DNA of 64,000 nucleotides from Squalus acanthias (Eukaryota). Positions within the stretch are counted from its first letter, which is position 1, and each line of letters opens with the position of its first letter. The notes below the pieces were generated by a model. The model saw nothing but the letters and a program-made list of their open reading frames with translations, was not told where the DNA came from and did not search any database. Positions 36,637 to 49,539 of the stretch are shown piece by piece. Location of the stretch: assembly GCA_030390025.1 (NCBI GenBank), contig CM059431.1, positions 133,054,001-133,118,000 of the forward strand. Direction: 5' to 3'. A program made the position numbers and the translations under genes.

Positions 36637-36852
36637 ACCATCCTATTCTTCCTGCCAATTGCCACAGACATTTGCAAGCACCTGGTTTTTTTCTATGTCA
36701 ATACATCAACGATATACATATATTTAAAAAAAAAGTTCCGCTCAATACCGTCCTCTGGTTTTCTTTACTGAATCCGAATTATACTCTGGGAAATGTGTGA
36801 TTTACACTGATATTGCAGAAAAGAGTTCACAGAAGTAGAGAGCTAAAATGTA

Positions 36853-36995
36853 GAGGGTGAAATTGACCTACGCTAGTAATGCAAAATGGGCTGATAGCAA
36901 GTCGGCAGCTATCCAATGGAAAAGAAAATCAGGCATGGTGTAAAACGGGCTGCCAATTCACTATCACTTGGTGCTAGGAGACCAATTTCACCCCC
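36853..36995. mobile_element. Small MITE
   Basis: GGGTGAAATTG / CAATTTCACCC terminal inverted repeat. Confidence 0.55.
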
Positions 36996-37000
36996 ACAAT

Positions 37001-38454
37001 GGCCTGTAATTTGCGGTCAGCGGCAAAGCAAAGGCGTTCGCCGCTGGCCCGAAGAAAGCAACCCACAAAGAACTCGTGATCTCTGTGGTGAGAAGTTTGG
37101 CTTTTTCAACGTGCAGTTGAGATCAGTGAAGTTTAGTGGAAATTCCATAGGTTATTGCATCACAGCTGTTGTGACGCCAACAAGCTGTCTAAGCAGCCAA
37201 TCACAATGCGGAATTCTCAGGGAACCAGGAAGTGAAGAAGCTGCTTTTATTCTGGCTTTTTCGAAAGGTTATAGAGAGCAAAACAAAGATTGGAGCTCTC
37301 ACTTGGGGAAAAAGTAAACCTGAAATAAAAATGAACAAACTTTTTAAAAATATAATTTTTTTTAAAGTGTCTTAAAAATAGTAATTTTCAGCATTATGGA
37401 AAAATTTGACATTCCATAAAATTAAAATTCGTTTTTCAGGGCCATAACGTTTGTTTAGTAGTCAATACGCTGTTAAAACCCCAGTTACACCTAATTCAAC
37501 AATGTCTAACTTTTAATGGGGTATTTCACAGCGATATTACCGCGGAAAAGCCCAAGTTTTCGTCAGTTTCACTGATTTCCCTGATTACACTGATTGCTGG
37601 CTATGGAGGGGTGGGAGTTCCACAGCGCAGCCAGTGTCAGAGCAGTGAATGACTGACCGCAACTTCAGGATTTCTGTGTTAGGATGCGCATGCACTATAT
37701 CCTGAAGTTGCGGTCAGTTTCAAAGGGGTAATAACAGAGAACGCTGTTCGTTTATTTCCACCTCTGTAACATCGCCTGTCTCCGCCCTTGCCTCAACTCA
37801 TCTGCTGCTGAAACCCTCATCCATGCCTTTGTTACCTCTAGACTTGACTATTCCAACGCACTCCTGGCTGGCCTCTCACATTCTACCCTATGTAAACTTG
37901 AGGTGATCCAACACTCAGCTGCCCGTGTCCTAACTCACACCAAGTCCCGTTCACCCATCACCCCTGTGCTCGCTGACCTACATTGGCTCCCCGTTAAGCA
38001 ACACCTCAATTTCAAAATTCTCATCCTTGTTTTCAATCCCTCCATGGCCTTGCCCCTCCCTATCTCTGTAATCTCCTTCAGCCCCACAACCCCCCTGAGA
38101 TATCTGCGCTCCTCTAATTCTGCCCTCTTGAGCATCCCTGATTATAATCGTTCAACCTTTGGTGGCCGCGCCTTCTGTTGCCAAGGCCCTAAGCTCTGGA
38201 ATTCCCTGCCTAAACCTCTCCGCCTCGCTACCTCTCTTTCCTCCTTTAAGACGCTCCTTAAAACCTACCTCTTTGACCAAGCTTTTGGTCATCTGCCCTA
38301 ATTTCTCCTTATGTGGCTCGGTGTCAAATTTTTTTGTCTTATAACACTCCTGTGAAGCACCTTGGGACGTTTAATTATGTTAAAGGTGCTATATAAATAC
38401 AAGTTATTGTTGTTGTTGTTGTTTGCTATTACTATCCACCGCAAATTCCGAGCC
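37001..38454. mobile_element. Harbinger-type MITE, family C, interrupted by L2
   Basis: TIRs GGCCTGTAATTTGCGGT / ACCGCAAATTCCGAGCC; collinear with 56365-57154. L2 sits about 30 bp from the right end. Confidence 0.75.
37754..38423 (+). mobile_element. L2 LINE 3' fragment
   Basis: [50 protein letters not shown]; (TTG)n tail. Confidence 0.92.
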
Positions 38455-38754
38455 AAATAATTTATAGAGGGAAGAAACTGGGTCGTGCAGTGGAGCAAAC
38501 ACAGAGCTCTGGGATGAAAGTCCCCTCTGTGAGTGCATACAGTCTCAATGCAGTGCCTCATGGGCATGGTCTCACAACATAAAACTATATAACACTAAAT
38601 GGCACTAGAAGAGGTCATTTGATGAATTTGTGCCTCCAGCCTGGAGTTTGCCCACCGAGAATGGCATTGCGAGAATTTTGGCATCGAATTCAGTGGGCTC
38701 TATCATTCATTTTATTATTATTTTATGATTAATTAAATTCCCAATACCCTGATG

Positions 38755-38775
38755 TGTGTCAGCAGTGGCTCAGTT

Positions 38776-38806
<31 letters not shown>

Positions 38807-39221
38807 GTGGGTTCAATTCCCACTCCAGAGACTTGAGCACAAAAATCTAGGCTGACACTCCAGTGCAGTACTGATGGAGTGCTGCACTGTCGGAGGTGCT
38901 GTCTTTCAGATGAGATGTTAAACTGAAGGCCGTATCTGCTCTCTCAGGTGGACATAAAAGATCCCATGACACTATTTCAAAGAAGAGCAGGGGAGTTATC
39001 CCCGGCCATTATTTATCCCTCAATCAACATATCAAAAACAGGTTATCTGGTCATGATCACATTGCTGTTTGTGGGAGCTTGCTGTGCACAAATTAGCTGC
39101 TGTGTTTCCTACATTACAACAGTGACTACATTTCAAAAAGTACTTCATTGGCTGTAAATTGCTTTGGGACATCCAGTGGTTGTGAAAGGCGCTATGTAAA
39201 TGCAAGTCTTTTTTTTCTTTT
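38755..39221 (+). mobile_element. DeuSINE (SacSINE1-like)
   Basis: Full-length match to 3132-3597, including A/B boxes and tail. Confidence 0.9.
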
Positions 39222-39289
39222 ATACCCACTCCTAGGAGGTGAAGCTCCATGCAGGGAGCGCAGATTTGTAAAATTCACCCTTAAATTGT

Positions 39290-39530
39290 GAATTGAACTC
39301 CGTGAGGACATACCATGGACAATGTAAAGAAATGTCACACTGATGCAGTGAGGGGGTGTGCTCCATTGTATTTGATGCAAAATTGAGGAAGCTTTACTCT
39401 GCATCTACCCACACCAGGATAGTTACCAGGATAGTTACCCTACCTACCCTGGGAATCTGATGCTGATAATGGTGCCTAAAATGTTAAATGATTCCAGTAC
39501 TGACATCCCTCACCTCGATAGCACAAAAAG
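39290..39530 (+). mobile_element. Old interspersed repeat (unnamed), second copy reversed at ~60095-60580
   Basis: Shared blocks TGTCACACTG(A/G)TGCA, CCTGGGA..TGATG and CCAG(T/A)ACTGACATCC in opposite orientation. Confidence 0.45.
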
Positions 39531-40709
39531 TGTTTAAAATGTATACAATGTGCTTCTTCAATATGGGTTTCTTTGGGAGTCATACAAAAATCATGTCAAT
39601 ATAATCATGTTGGGGGGGGGGGGTTCCTAAGGGAGCCAAAAACAATGCATTTTATATCAGATTAAGAAATATTATAGTGTTATAGAAAGGCGATGCAGTA
39701 CTGTTTAATTTTCTTCAACAGAATCAAATTTATGAAGTTTTATCCAAAGCTGTCAGTGATTTGTATCTTGTTAGAAACCCCTTAAGCATTTTATTAAATT
39801 ATTTTTCTCCCTTTGGTTTACAAGCTAATGAATTAAATCTCCCCTTATTCTCTAAAGGGTCAGTTTGTTGTATTCGGATATGCTTAGCCATTAGCATCAA
39901 TGAAAGCATCAGATGTGTGATCCCAACTTCTCCTCCCCAGGTCAGCTACATCCTTTAATTTCCCTGAAGGCTTCAGCTGTGATGAATTGAACTACAATCA
40001 CTGCCTGGTTTGTTTGAACCCTTTGTAGGCAATAATGAAACTAATGCATATGAAAAGGAAAGAAAAACTAGTATGTTTTGACCATGCTGTGCAGCTTTTG
40101 CTCAATGATTTGTGAGGGAAGACAACAGAACAACAGAGGCCATATTTACCCTTAATTTGTGTCTCAGTTTCAGCTCATGCTACAGTAATGGTTGAGTCTG
40201 GAAACTGTCAGGTAGGTATTGACTGCCTACTAGTCATCTGAAGAGCCAAGCTGTTCAATACTGGCCCCTATCCATTAACTGACAGTGTGGAAAAAATATT
40301 TGAGAAATTTTAAATGAAGAGGAAAATATTCTAAGTATATGTAAATAGTATAATCCCCCTTTTTTCTGTGCCTTGGATTATAGTGGGATCCTTTTAATAT
40401 TAATTTACATTCAGAGCTATAATACTTGAAAGTATGAAATCAATTCAGTTTGACCACTCTTCATTAAACTGTTATTCACTGTAATTTCCTGGTGAACAAC
40501 TGCAGATTACTTCTTAATAATACTGTAATAATCATCTCACAGTCATTAACTGACATGTTTGTACATCATTAGCCAACGATGATGTGGAGTGCATGACAGT
40601 TGGTATCTGCAGCTGCTCCCAGTAAACTGTCCAAAAACAAAGTAGAAAATCGACATTAAAATTGAAACAATCTAATTTACAAATGATAAACCAATACCAG
40701 GAATGATTT

Positions 40710-40825
40710 AAAAACAGAAAATGCTGGAAACCACGCAACAGGTCAGGCAGCATCTGTGGAGAGAGCCTGGCCAGCATTTTCTGTTTTTATTTCAGATTTC
40801 CAGCCTCTGCAGTATTTTGCTTTTG
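40710..40825. mobile_element. Inverted pair of Penelope-like terminal fragments
   Basis: AAAAACAGAAAATGCTGG ... CCAGCATTTTCTGTTTTT inverted arrangement, then the usual 3' tail. Confidence 0.7.
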
Positions 40826-41412
40826 TACGAGGAATGATTCGATGTTGTAATCTAATTTCTGGATTAGAGCAACTCTTGTGCTTTAAATTGCTCAACTAGT
40901 TACTCTTACATTATGCATTACTCGGAGTTCAAACCCCATTGCAGGACTTGAGCACGTAATCCGAGCTGACATTTCAGTACTGAGCAAGTGTTACATTGTC
41001 AGAAGTGTCATCTTTTGGATGAGACATTAAACTGAGGTCTTGTTTGCCTGGTCAGATGGATATAAAAGATTCCATAGCATGTTTTGAAGAAGAGCAGGAA
41101 ATTCTCAGTGTCCTGGTCAACATTCATCCCTCAACCAGTGCCACCACAAAACAGATGGGGGGATTAAATTGGTTAGCCCCTGAAAATAGGCACAGGGATC
41201 GCGATGGGCGATTAACCCACGCCCTTTCAGTGTAATGCAGGCAGCACAGCAACTTCGTGCAGCAGGGGGCCCAATATGTGAGTGCCTAGCAGTACTTAAA
41301 GCAGTCCTGCTGGGCCGGACCTCTTAAAGGGGAGGTGCATTGTGGCTGGAATAGGTGCTGGGAGTCGTTCTACAAGTGAATCTGACCTGGGAAAGTGTGA
41401 AGAATTGCTGAC

Positions 41413-43220
41413 CATGGGAGACAGCAGGCACCAAAGTTTTTGGACACTGCACTGGAGGTCATGGTTGAAGAGATGGAACAGAGCAGAGATGTCCTGTATC
41501 TTCAGGGGGGCAGGAGGCCCGCCAGGCATTTGCTCAGAAGGCAGTGGTAAGAGATAGCCGCGGAGGTCAATGCCAGGAGTATAACTCCAAGAACATGGAT
41601 ACAGTGCAGGAAGACATTTAATGATCTCACACAAGTGGTCAAGGTCAGTGACTGCATCTTCAAATGCCATATCCTACCAACTGCATCACTAGCCTCACAC
41701 ACTGCTGAATGCACCACACCCCCATCACTCACCCACCAACAATCTCGATCAATCAGGACTCATACATCACATTCATATGCTTCACCTCACCCTCACACAC
41801 TTAGCACTGTTGCAAGCCTCAAATCCACATTTCACAGCTTGCACACACTGCCAGCTATTCAACCATGACAGCCACATCACCCACACAGATTGCACGACAT
41901 TCACTGACACACTTCCCTCTCTCTTGCAGGAGAAGGTGGTGCACAACCGAAGGCAGCAGGAACTAACTGGAGGGGGAGAGGTAGGCTTACATGTTCTAAC
42001 CACCTTGGAGGAGACGGCGCTAGCCATTATGGGAAGGGCCATTGCTGTGGCCGTGGCCGTGGCCATTGAAGATGAGGATATTTGCATACCTAATGCTCCT
42101 TCTCTCATCCCACTTCTCCCTCATCACACAATCTCTTCTGACTTACAAGCTGCTGATGGTGTAAGCATGCACTTCTTACTTTCTCCTCTCCCCTCACCAC
42201 AACCGTACACTTGTCTCTTTTTCCTTTCACATACCCAAGAACTGCAACCTGCCCAGGCAGTAGAGGAAGAGCAGGAAGACAGTGAAGATGAAGTCACACT
42301 GTCACTCGATTTCACAGTCATAGCCATCAGCTCAGAATCTGACACTGCACATAATTTAGAGGATAGCATAGAGGTGGAATCTGCACGTGGTGAAACACCA
42401 GGCACAAGTGCGCTGCAGCCAGGGTACGGGGGAAAAGATAGTGCCGGTGCCAGCTCGCTGGAGGGTGAGGTCGCACACTAGTTCTGCTGCAGAGGACTCA
42501 GATGAGCACTTCGATGGGGCAGGCTACAAAAGGCGGCTGCTGGGTGTGCACACCCAAATGCTTGGTGCACTGGCAGGCCTGCCAGAAAGCCTGCGCTCAA
42601 TGTCAAGGAGCATGGAGGAGTCCGACACTAACTTGGCACAGGTCTTTGCGCAGAGCTTGGAGCAAATGCTTTCCAATATGGAATGGGTGGCTACCTCCAT
42701 CAGCACACCTGTGGAGCCAACCATGATGCAGTGTCTGATGGCCGATGTCACAGCTTCCTTTGTAGCACAAGCAGCAGCCACCCAAAGTCTGAGTGCTGCA
42801 GTGGAAGCTCAGACTGCTGCCATCATGGCTCTGAATGCCAATGTTCAAAGGGGCTTGCAGGGTATCACAGCAGTCCAGCAATCTGTCGTCCAACAGATTA
42901 CTAGGATTGCTGAGGCACCACCCCGGGGGAGTGGCAGTGGCTCCATGGAGTACAAACTTGCTGTTTTCTCTCTGGATGACAGCATTCCTGCTCCCACCAC
43001 TGCCTGTCAGCCAGCCAGCCCAGATTGCTGCAGCCTAGGCCGAGATGGTGCAGTCTGCAGCCGGGTCTTCTAGGCCCAGAGCTGCTCGAGGTCGCCCTCC
43101 AAGGCCATCTGCAGTTTCCTCCACTGAAAGTCAGCAGCCTTTCACCAGCCATGCTGCAGCCACTGGGGTAGCACCTCGTAGGAGCACTAGGACAGGCAAA
43201 GACTCACGGAAGAGGCACTA
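41413..43220 (+). pseudogene. Harbinger Myb/SANT-like gene, decayed, intron-containing
   Basis: IAAEVNARSITPRTWIQCRKTFNDL followed by AAG|GTCAGT donor; TTGCAG|GAGAAG acceptor (EKVVHNRRQQELTGGG); acidic and coiled-coil-like 3' exon. Confidence 0.78.
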
Positions 43221-43429
43221 AGGGAATGCACAAGGGTGATTACTTTATTTTTGTATGCACTATGGCATGATTTAATTTATCAATTTGAATTGCAATGTGT
43301 ATTTTGTGTTGGCTTTTATTTTTGCATTGTACGAAAGAGGATGAATTGATGGTCAGTGACAGAGGGAAGGTAAGGAGTGTGGGACTGTTGGTGAATGAGG
43401 AATTGGGTTTGTGGTTACTGGTATTGCTC

Positions 43430-44010
43430 ATTAATTATTTGCTCATGTACAGCCCAAGCAGAAAGGGGCTGTCTAGGTTGCAGCCTCCCTTCCTCTTCCA
43501 CCTCCTCCTCCTCCTCTTCCACCTCCTCCTCCTCCTCTGCATCTTCCTCCTCGTGCTGCTCCTCAGCTTCTCACCTGATAGATGATGGCAAGGGCTGTTT
43601 CTCAATGATGGCAAGGTTATGCAGCATGCAGCATACCATGACAAATCTTAAGACCTGCTCAGCCGAGTACCGCAGGGCTCCTGCAGAGCAGTTCAGGGAG
43701 CAGAATCGTTGCTTCAGCATGCCAATGGGCTGCTCTGTCAGATTTCTTGTGGCAGCATAGCTCTTGTTGTATGCCTACTGGGCACGTGTGCGTGGGTTGC
43801 GGACCAGGGTCATGAGCCATGTCGTCAGCGGATAACCCTTGTCGCCCAGTAGCCACACTTTGCTTTGCCATGGTAATTGAAATACAGCTGGCACAGAGGA
43901 CTGCCGCAGAATGAATGCATCGTGATTGCTGCAAGGATGCCAGGCATTCACTTGGAAGATGCGCTGCCTGTGGTCACACACCATCTGTAGTTGATGGAGT
44001 GGAATCCTGT
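43430..44010 (-). pseudogene. Harbinger transposase C-terminal half
   Basis: VCDHRQRIFQVNAWHPCSNHDAFILRQS, WLLGDKGYPL, CCMLHN, poly-Glu tract. N-terminal half absent. Confidence 0.85.
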
Positions 44011-44769
44011 GTAAACTCGTAGAATTGCAGCATCAACCAGAAGAAATAAACCAGCAACTAACATGCAAGTAGTTGATGAACCCTTTAAACAGTGCTGGTG
44101 GAGGGGTCCTTCATGCCGTTTAACGTTGTGTTCAGCTGTGCGAGGTTAAGAGAGGGGATAGGCTGCAGCGTGGTACTCCAAAATGGCAGCGCTGGTGTCA
44201 AATCAGCATTGCACGCTGATTGACATCATAATCTGTCTGCTCTCCAGAAAACGGGTGCTACCGATTCCAATTTTGCCCCCATTAACTGGTTGTTGATCAT
44301 TTGTTGTTTGTGGGCCCTGCAGTTCATTATTGCCATTATTGCAGCAAAATAACAGATTATAATTCAAAAGTAATTCAATTGCTGAGAAGTGCTTTGGGAT
44401 GTCTTTAGGATGTAACGGACACTATTTAAGTGCAAATTCTTTCTTTTCTTTCTCTATGTATTCATTACAAAAGTGTTTGACTTCAAGGGTATTTGCCTTT
44501 TCCTAGCTGTGTATTCAGTTACTAATGGTATTCCCCAGCCCCTCCCCAGTGTTCTCTTCTCCTGAAGGCAGTAACTCAGATGGGAAATGGTTCCATGGGC
44601 ACAACACAGTCCTCCAGTACCTCAAATAGTGGGTAGTCTTCAAACGTGAGATGGTGAGTGTCAGCATTGAGCACGATCAGCTTGTGGCAACTTGCCTTAG
44701 TTGGTAGCACCCTTGTCTCTGAGCTAGAACCTGTCATTTAAAGCCCCATTCCAAGACTTGAACACAAAG

Positions 44770-45260
44770 GTGGAGGAGGGGTCCAGGCCCGGGGGGTCCG
44801 ATCCCCCGGGGTGGGGGGGGGGGGGGGGGGGGATTCACACCCGGGGGGGGGTTCCGATCGGAGTTGTGATCTCCGGGGGCGGGACCCAATTCCTGACCCC
44901 GGGGCGAATCGCGATCCTGGGGTGGGGGAGAGGGGGTGTTCCAGGCCCGGGGTGGGGGGGGGACGACATCCGATCCCGGGGAGTGCGGGCTGATGGTAGG
45001 GGAGCTTGGGGGGGCCGGGAGGAAGCATTCCTGCTCTTCCCGGCCCACAAGGATTGCTCCCCGAGGCTGAGGCCGCCTCGTTGCAGCCACTGGGAATCCC
45101 GAGTGCCGGGATTCCCGCCCGTCTGCAGTAAAACCTGCAAAGCAGGTTAAAGTAGAGACTTCAGGTCTCATTATAATATTTAAATTACCAAACATCCTCT
45201 TTGCAGCAGGTTGGCAATTTAAATATTATAATAAGGCCTGAAGCCTCTACTTTCCTGGTT
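44770..45260. mobile_element. GC-rich MITE fragment with central inverted repeat
   Basis: G-run/GATC interior as in family B. CATTCCTGCTC(T/C)TCC(C/T)GGCCCACAA block shared with ~51926-51950. 43-bp inverted repeat at 45149-45253. Confidence 0.5.
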
Positions 45261-45334
45261 TCATAGAGTCATTGAACCATCGAATGATACAGCCCAGAAG
45301 GAGGCCATTCGGCCTGTGCTGGTCTCGGCCTCTT

Positions 45335-45716
45335 ACACTGTTCCAATGAAACTCAACGTAAGCTCGAGGGACAGCACCTCATCTTTCGATTAGGCACTTT
45401 ACAGCCTTCTGGACTCAACATCGAGTTCAACAATTTCAGACTATAACCTCCGTCCCTATTTTTTCAGGCGGCAGCTGTTGATGATTCTGCCATCCCCATT
45501 TACAACATTTAACCTCTCCTGCCTTCCACCCTATCACAGACCCTCCCTTTTGTTCTTTCCTCCCCTCCCCCCTTTCCCAGCCTCTGCACCTGCTTAAAAT
45601 CTGTTACATCTCTAACTTTTTCCAGTACTGATGAAGGGTCACAGACCTGAAACGTTAACCCTGTTTCTCTCTCCTCGATGCTGCCTGACCTGCTGAGTGT
45701 TTCCAGCATTTTCTGT
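45335..45716 (+). mobile_element. Penelope-like retroelement 3' fragment
   Basis: HCSNETQRKLEGQHLIFRLGTLQPSGLNIEFNNFRL* followed by the terminal repeat; same family as 34080-34525. Confidence 0.85.
45624..45660 (+). ncRNA. Minimal hammerhead ribozyme motif (helix I weakened)
   Basis: CUGAUGA-A-GGGUC(ACA)GACCU-GAAACGUU. Confidence 0.55.
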
Positions 45717-46726
45717 TGTTTTGACAGACAAAATAAAATGGTTTGTGTTTTTCCCCTTTTTTGGTTCTCTTCCTAAACATCTTAATGATATTTTTTAAAA
45801 AGTCAATAAAAAGTAATATGTAATTCCTACAAATCCTCCCCGCCCTCCCCCTCCTCAACAGCATGGTTGCATGTTTGTGCAAAGCTACTCACTCCAGTCG
45901 ATCGTTCAAAATCAAATATTGAGAAATTTCAATTTTAAAACATTTTAAGCATTTCAGAACCTCTTTAAAAGCATTTGGACTTCAAGACCTGGTTGAAACT
46001 TGTTTAGATGAGGGGAAAATTGATTTTTGTTTCTGTTTCTTCCAAAATCATGTTCGAAACTTAGGGGGGGAAAACGTGTTTTCAACACTAATTTTTTGTG
46101 AAAAGTTCATTAAAAATCTTTGAATTCTTCCAAGTCTCGTTGCAGCTTTGACAGAAGAAGTTGCTCCAAGTTTCTCTTTCCCTCTTCAACGCTCTCGGTA
46201 AACATACAACGAAAAATAATTAAATAAACTCTAATTCCAAACGGAGCTCAAATAAGAAAGTGAATAAAGTGGTTAAACTCCCTAAGAAGGTGAGGTTATC
46301 GATCCCCAGCCTTGGCGATGAGTTGGGATCAGTTTTGGAGAAGTTGTTTCCTCTTTTTCTGCTGCCGTACCTCCGTCTCTCACAGGCTCTGAGGGACAAA
46401 CAGGGGTACAAACTTTTCCCCCTCTCTCATAACATGATTTAAATAACCCTGATAGACTCTTTCAATAAGGGGACAAGCCCTGGCAAAATTTAATTGGAAC
46501 TTACCGCGACATTCAACATCACTTTCCTGTATTTTTTTCTGGCTTTAAACAATTTTCTGAATTAAAAAAAAAATTCTCATTTTTGTTTCACTGTGGGCTT
46601 AAAAATTGTTTGCTTTAGCCTCCTTCCAGTGGCCATTGTACATGTGCTGCGCCTCCACCTGTGTTGTTCCAAAGTGCGGCCGCCACTCAGTCACCGGGAA
46701 TGGACTACACGTGTCTGGACCATCAC

Positions 46727-48337
46727 CACTCTCCCTCTCTCTCCCTCCGTCTCTTTCTCCCTCCGTCCCCTCTCCCTCTCTCCCTCCATCCCCCTCTCCC
46801 GCTCTCCCTCCGTCCACCTCTCCAGCTCTCCCTCCATCCCCCTCTCCCTCTCTCCCTCTGTCCACCTCTCTCCCTCCGTCCCCCTCTCTCCCTCCGTCCC
46901 CCTCTCTCCCTCCGTCCCCCTCTCTCTCGCTCTCTCTCCATCCCCCTATCTCTCCCCCAGTCTCTCTCTCTCTCCCCCCCGTCTCTCTCTCTCTCTCCCC
47001 CGTCTCTCTCTCTCTCTCCCCCCAGTCTCTCTCTCTCTCTCCCCCCAGTCTCTCTCTCTCCCCCCCAGTCTCTCTCTCTCCCTCATCTCTCTCTCTCCCC
47101 CAGTCTCTCTCTCTCTCTCCCCCGTCTCTCTCTCTCTCTCCCCGTCTCTCTCTCTCTCCCCCAGTCTCTCTCTCTCTCTCTCCCCCAGTCTCTCTCTCTC
47201 TCTCCCCCAGTCTCTCTCTCTCCCAGTCTCTCTCTCTCTCTTCCAGTCTCTCTCTCTCTCTCCCCCCCAGTCTCTCTCTCTCTCTCCCCCCCAGTCTCTC
47301 TCTCTCTCTCCCCCCCAGTCTCTCTCTCTCTCTCCCCCCCCAGTCTCTCTCTCTCTCTCCCCCCCAGTCTCTCTCTCTCTCTCCCCCCCAGTCTCTCTCT
47401 CTCTCTCCCCCCAGTCTCTCTCTCTCTCTCCCCCCCAGTCTCTCTCTCTCTCTCCCCCCCAGTCTCTCTCTCTCTCTCCCCCCCAGTCTCTCTCTCTCTC
47501 TCCCCCCCAGTCTCTCTCTCTCTCTCCCCCAGTCTCTCTCTCTCTCTCCCCCAGTCTCTCTCTCTCTCTCTCCCCCAGTCTCTCTCTCTCTCTCTCCCCC
47601 AGTCTCTCTCTCTCTCTCTCCCCCAGTCTCTCTCTCTCTCTCCCCCAAGTCTCTCTCTCTCTCTCTCCCCCAGTCTCTCTCTCTCTCTCCCCCAGTCTCT
47701 CTCTCTCTCTCCCCCAGTCTCTCTCTCTCTCTCCCCCCCCCCCCCCCCCGGTCTCTCTCTCTCCCCCCCCCCCCCCCCCCCCGTCTCTCTCTCTCTCTCC
47801 CCCCCCCCCCCCGTCCTCTCTCTCTCTCTCCCCCCCCCCCCCCAGTCCTCTCTCTCTCTCTCCCCCCCCCCGGTCTCCTCTCTCTCTCTCCCCCCCCCCC
47901 CCCCCGGTCTCTCTCTCTCTCTCCCCCCCCAGTCTCTCTCTCTCTCTCCCCCCCCCCCCCGGTCTCTCTCTCTCTCTCCCCCCCCCCCCCGGTCTCTCTC
48001 TCTCTCTCTCCCCCCCCCCCCGGTCTCTCTCTCTCTCTCCCCCCCCAGTCTCTCTCTCTCTCTCCCCCCCCCCCCCCCGGTCTCTCTCTCTCTCTCCCCC
48101 CCCGGTCTCTCTCTCTCTCCCCCCCCCCCCCCCCCCCCCGGTCTCTCTCTCTCTCTCCCCCCCCCCCCCGGTCTCTCTCTCTCTCTCCCCCCCGGTCTCT
48201 CTCTCTCTCTCTCTCTCTCCCCTGGTCTCTCTCTCTCTCTCTCTCCCCTGGTCTCTCTCTCTCTCTCTCTCCCCTGGTCTCTCTCTCTCTCTCTCTCTCT
48301 CTCTCCCCTGGTCTCTCTCTCTCTCTCTCTCTCCCCT

Positions 48338-48371
<34 letters not shown>

Positions 48372-48693
48372 CTGGTCTCTCTCTCTCTCTCTCTCTCCCC
48401 TGGTCTCTCTCTCTCTCTCTCTCTCCCCTGGTCTCTCTCTCTCTCTCTCTCCCCTGGTCTCTCTCTCTCTCTCTCTCTCCCCTGGTCTCTCTCTCTCTCT
48501 CTCTCCCCTGGTCTCTCTCTCTCTCTCTCTCTCCCCCGGTCTCTCTCTCTCTCTCTCCCCCCTGGTCTCTCTCTCTCTCTCTCTCCCCCCTGGTCTCTCT
48601 CTCTCTCTCTCTCTCCCCCGGTCTCTCTCTCTCTCTCTCCCCCGGTCTCTCTCTCTCTCTCCCCTGGTCTCTCTCTCTCTCTCTCTCTCCCCT

Positions 48694-48727
<34 letters not shown>

Positions 48728-49052
48728 CTGGTCTCTCTCTCTCTCTCTCTCTCCCCCGGTCTCTCTCTCTCTCTCTCCCCCCTGGTCTCTCTCTCTCTCT
48801 CTCTCCCCCCTGGTCTCTCTCTCTCTCTCTCTCTCCCCCGGTCTCTCTCTCTCTCTCTCCCCCGGTCTCTCTCTCTCTCTCCCCTGGTCTCTCTCTCTCT
48901 CTCTCCCCCGTCTCTCTCTTTCTCTCTCTCCCCCCCGGTCTCTCTCTCTCTCCCCCAGTCTCCCTCTCTCCCGTCTCTCTCTCTCCCCACTCTCAGCCTC
49001 TCTCTCTCTCCCCCGTCTCTCTCTCTCTCTCTCTCCCCCCCCCCCCAGTCTC
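46727..49052. repeat. Compound (CT)n/poly-C tandem array with CAGT/CGGT/TGGT linkers
   Basis: About 2.3 kb of almost pure pyrimidine strand; unit is a C-run + AG/GG/TGG + (TC)n, with variable run lengths. Confidence 0.97.
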
Positions 49053-49505
49053 TGTGTCAGCTGTGGCTAAGTTGGTAGCACACTTGCCTCTGAGTCAGAA
49101 GGTTTTGGGATCAAGTCTTGGGTTCAAAGTTGGGCTAACACGCCAGTGCAGTGCTGAGGGATTGCTGCACTGTCGGAGGTGCCGTCTTTCGGATGAGACA
49201 TTAAACCTGCTTTCTCAGGTGGACATAAAAGATCCCATGGCACTATTTCGAAGAAGAGCAGGGGAGTTATCCCCGGTGTCCTGGGCCAATATTAATCCCT
49301 CAACCAACATAACAAAAACAGATTACCTGGTCATTATCACATTGCTGTTTGTGGGAGCTTGCTGTGCACAAATTGGCTGCCGCGTTTCCCACATTACAAC
49401 AGTGACTCCACTTCAAAAATACTTCATTGACTGTAAAGCGCTTTGAGATGTCTGGTGGTCGTGAAAGGCGCTATATAAATGCAAGTCTTTCTTTCTTTTC
49501 TTTTT
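49053..49505 (+). mobile_element. DeuSINE (SacSINE1-like)
   Basis: Full match to 3132-3597 apart from a rearranged B-box region. Confidence 0.9.
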
Positions 49506-49539
49506 CTCACCCCCCCGCCCCCCCCCCACCACCACACCC

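Larger units (their letters stand above)
41158..44280 (-). mobile_element. PIF/Harbinger transposon, second family, transposase partly deleted
   Basis: TIR-like GGGGGATTAAATTGG / CCAATTTTGCCCCC, flanks ATG/ATT. Myb-like gene on +, transposase 3' half on -. Confidence 0.85.
40925..44450 (+). mobile_element. Older DeuSINE split by a Harbinger insertion (40925-41157 and 44281-44450)
   Basis: Deu-domain up to AAAACAGAT on the left; resumes ATTAACTGG..TGTTTGTGGG..GTGCTTTGGGATGTC..CTATTTAAGTGCAAATTC on the right. Confidence 0.75.

Noticed and set aside
46593..49446. Very long Ser/Leu/Pro and Arg/Glu/Gly ORFs
   Set aside because: Translations of the (CT)n/poly-C array running into a SINE.
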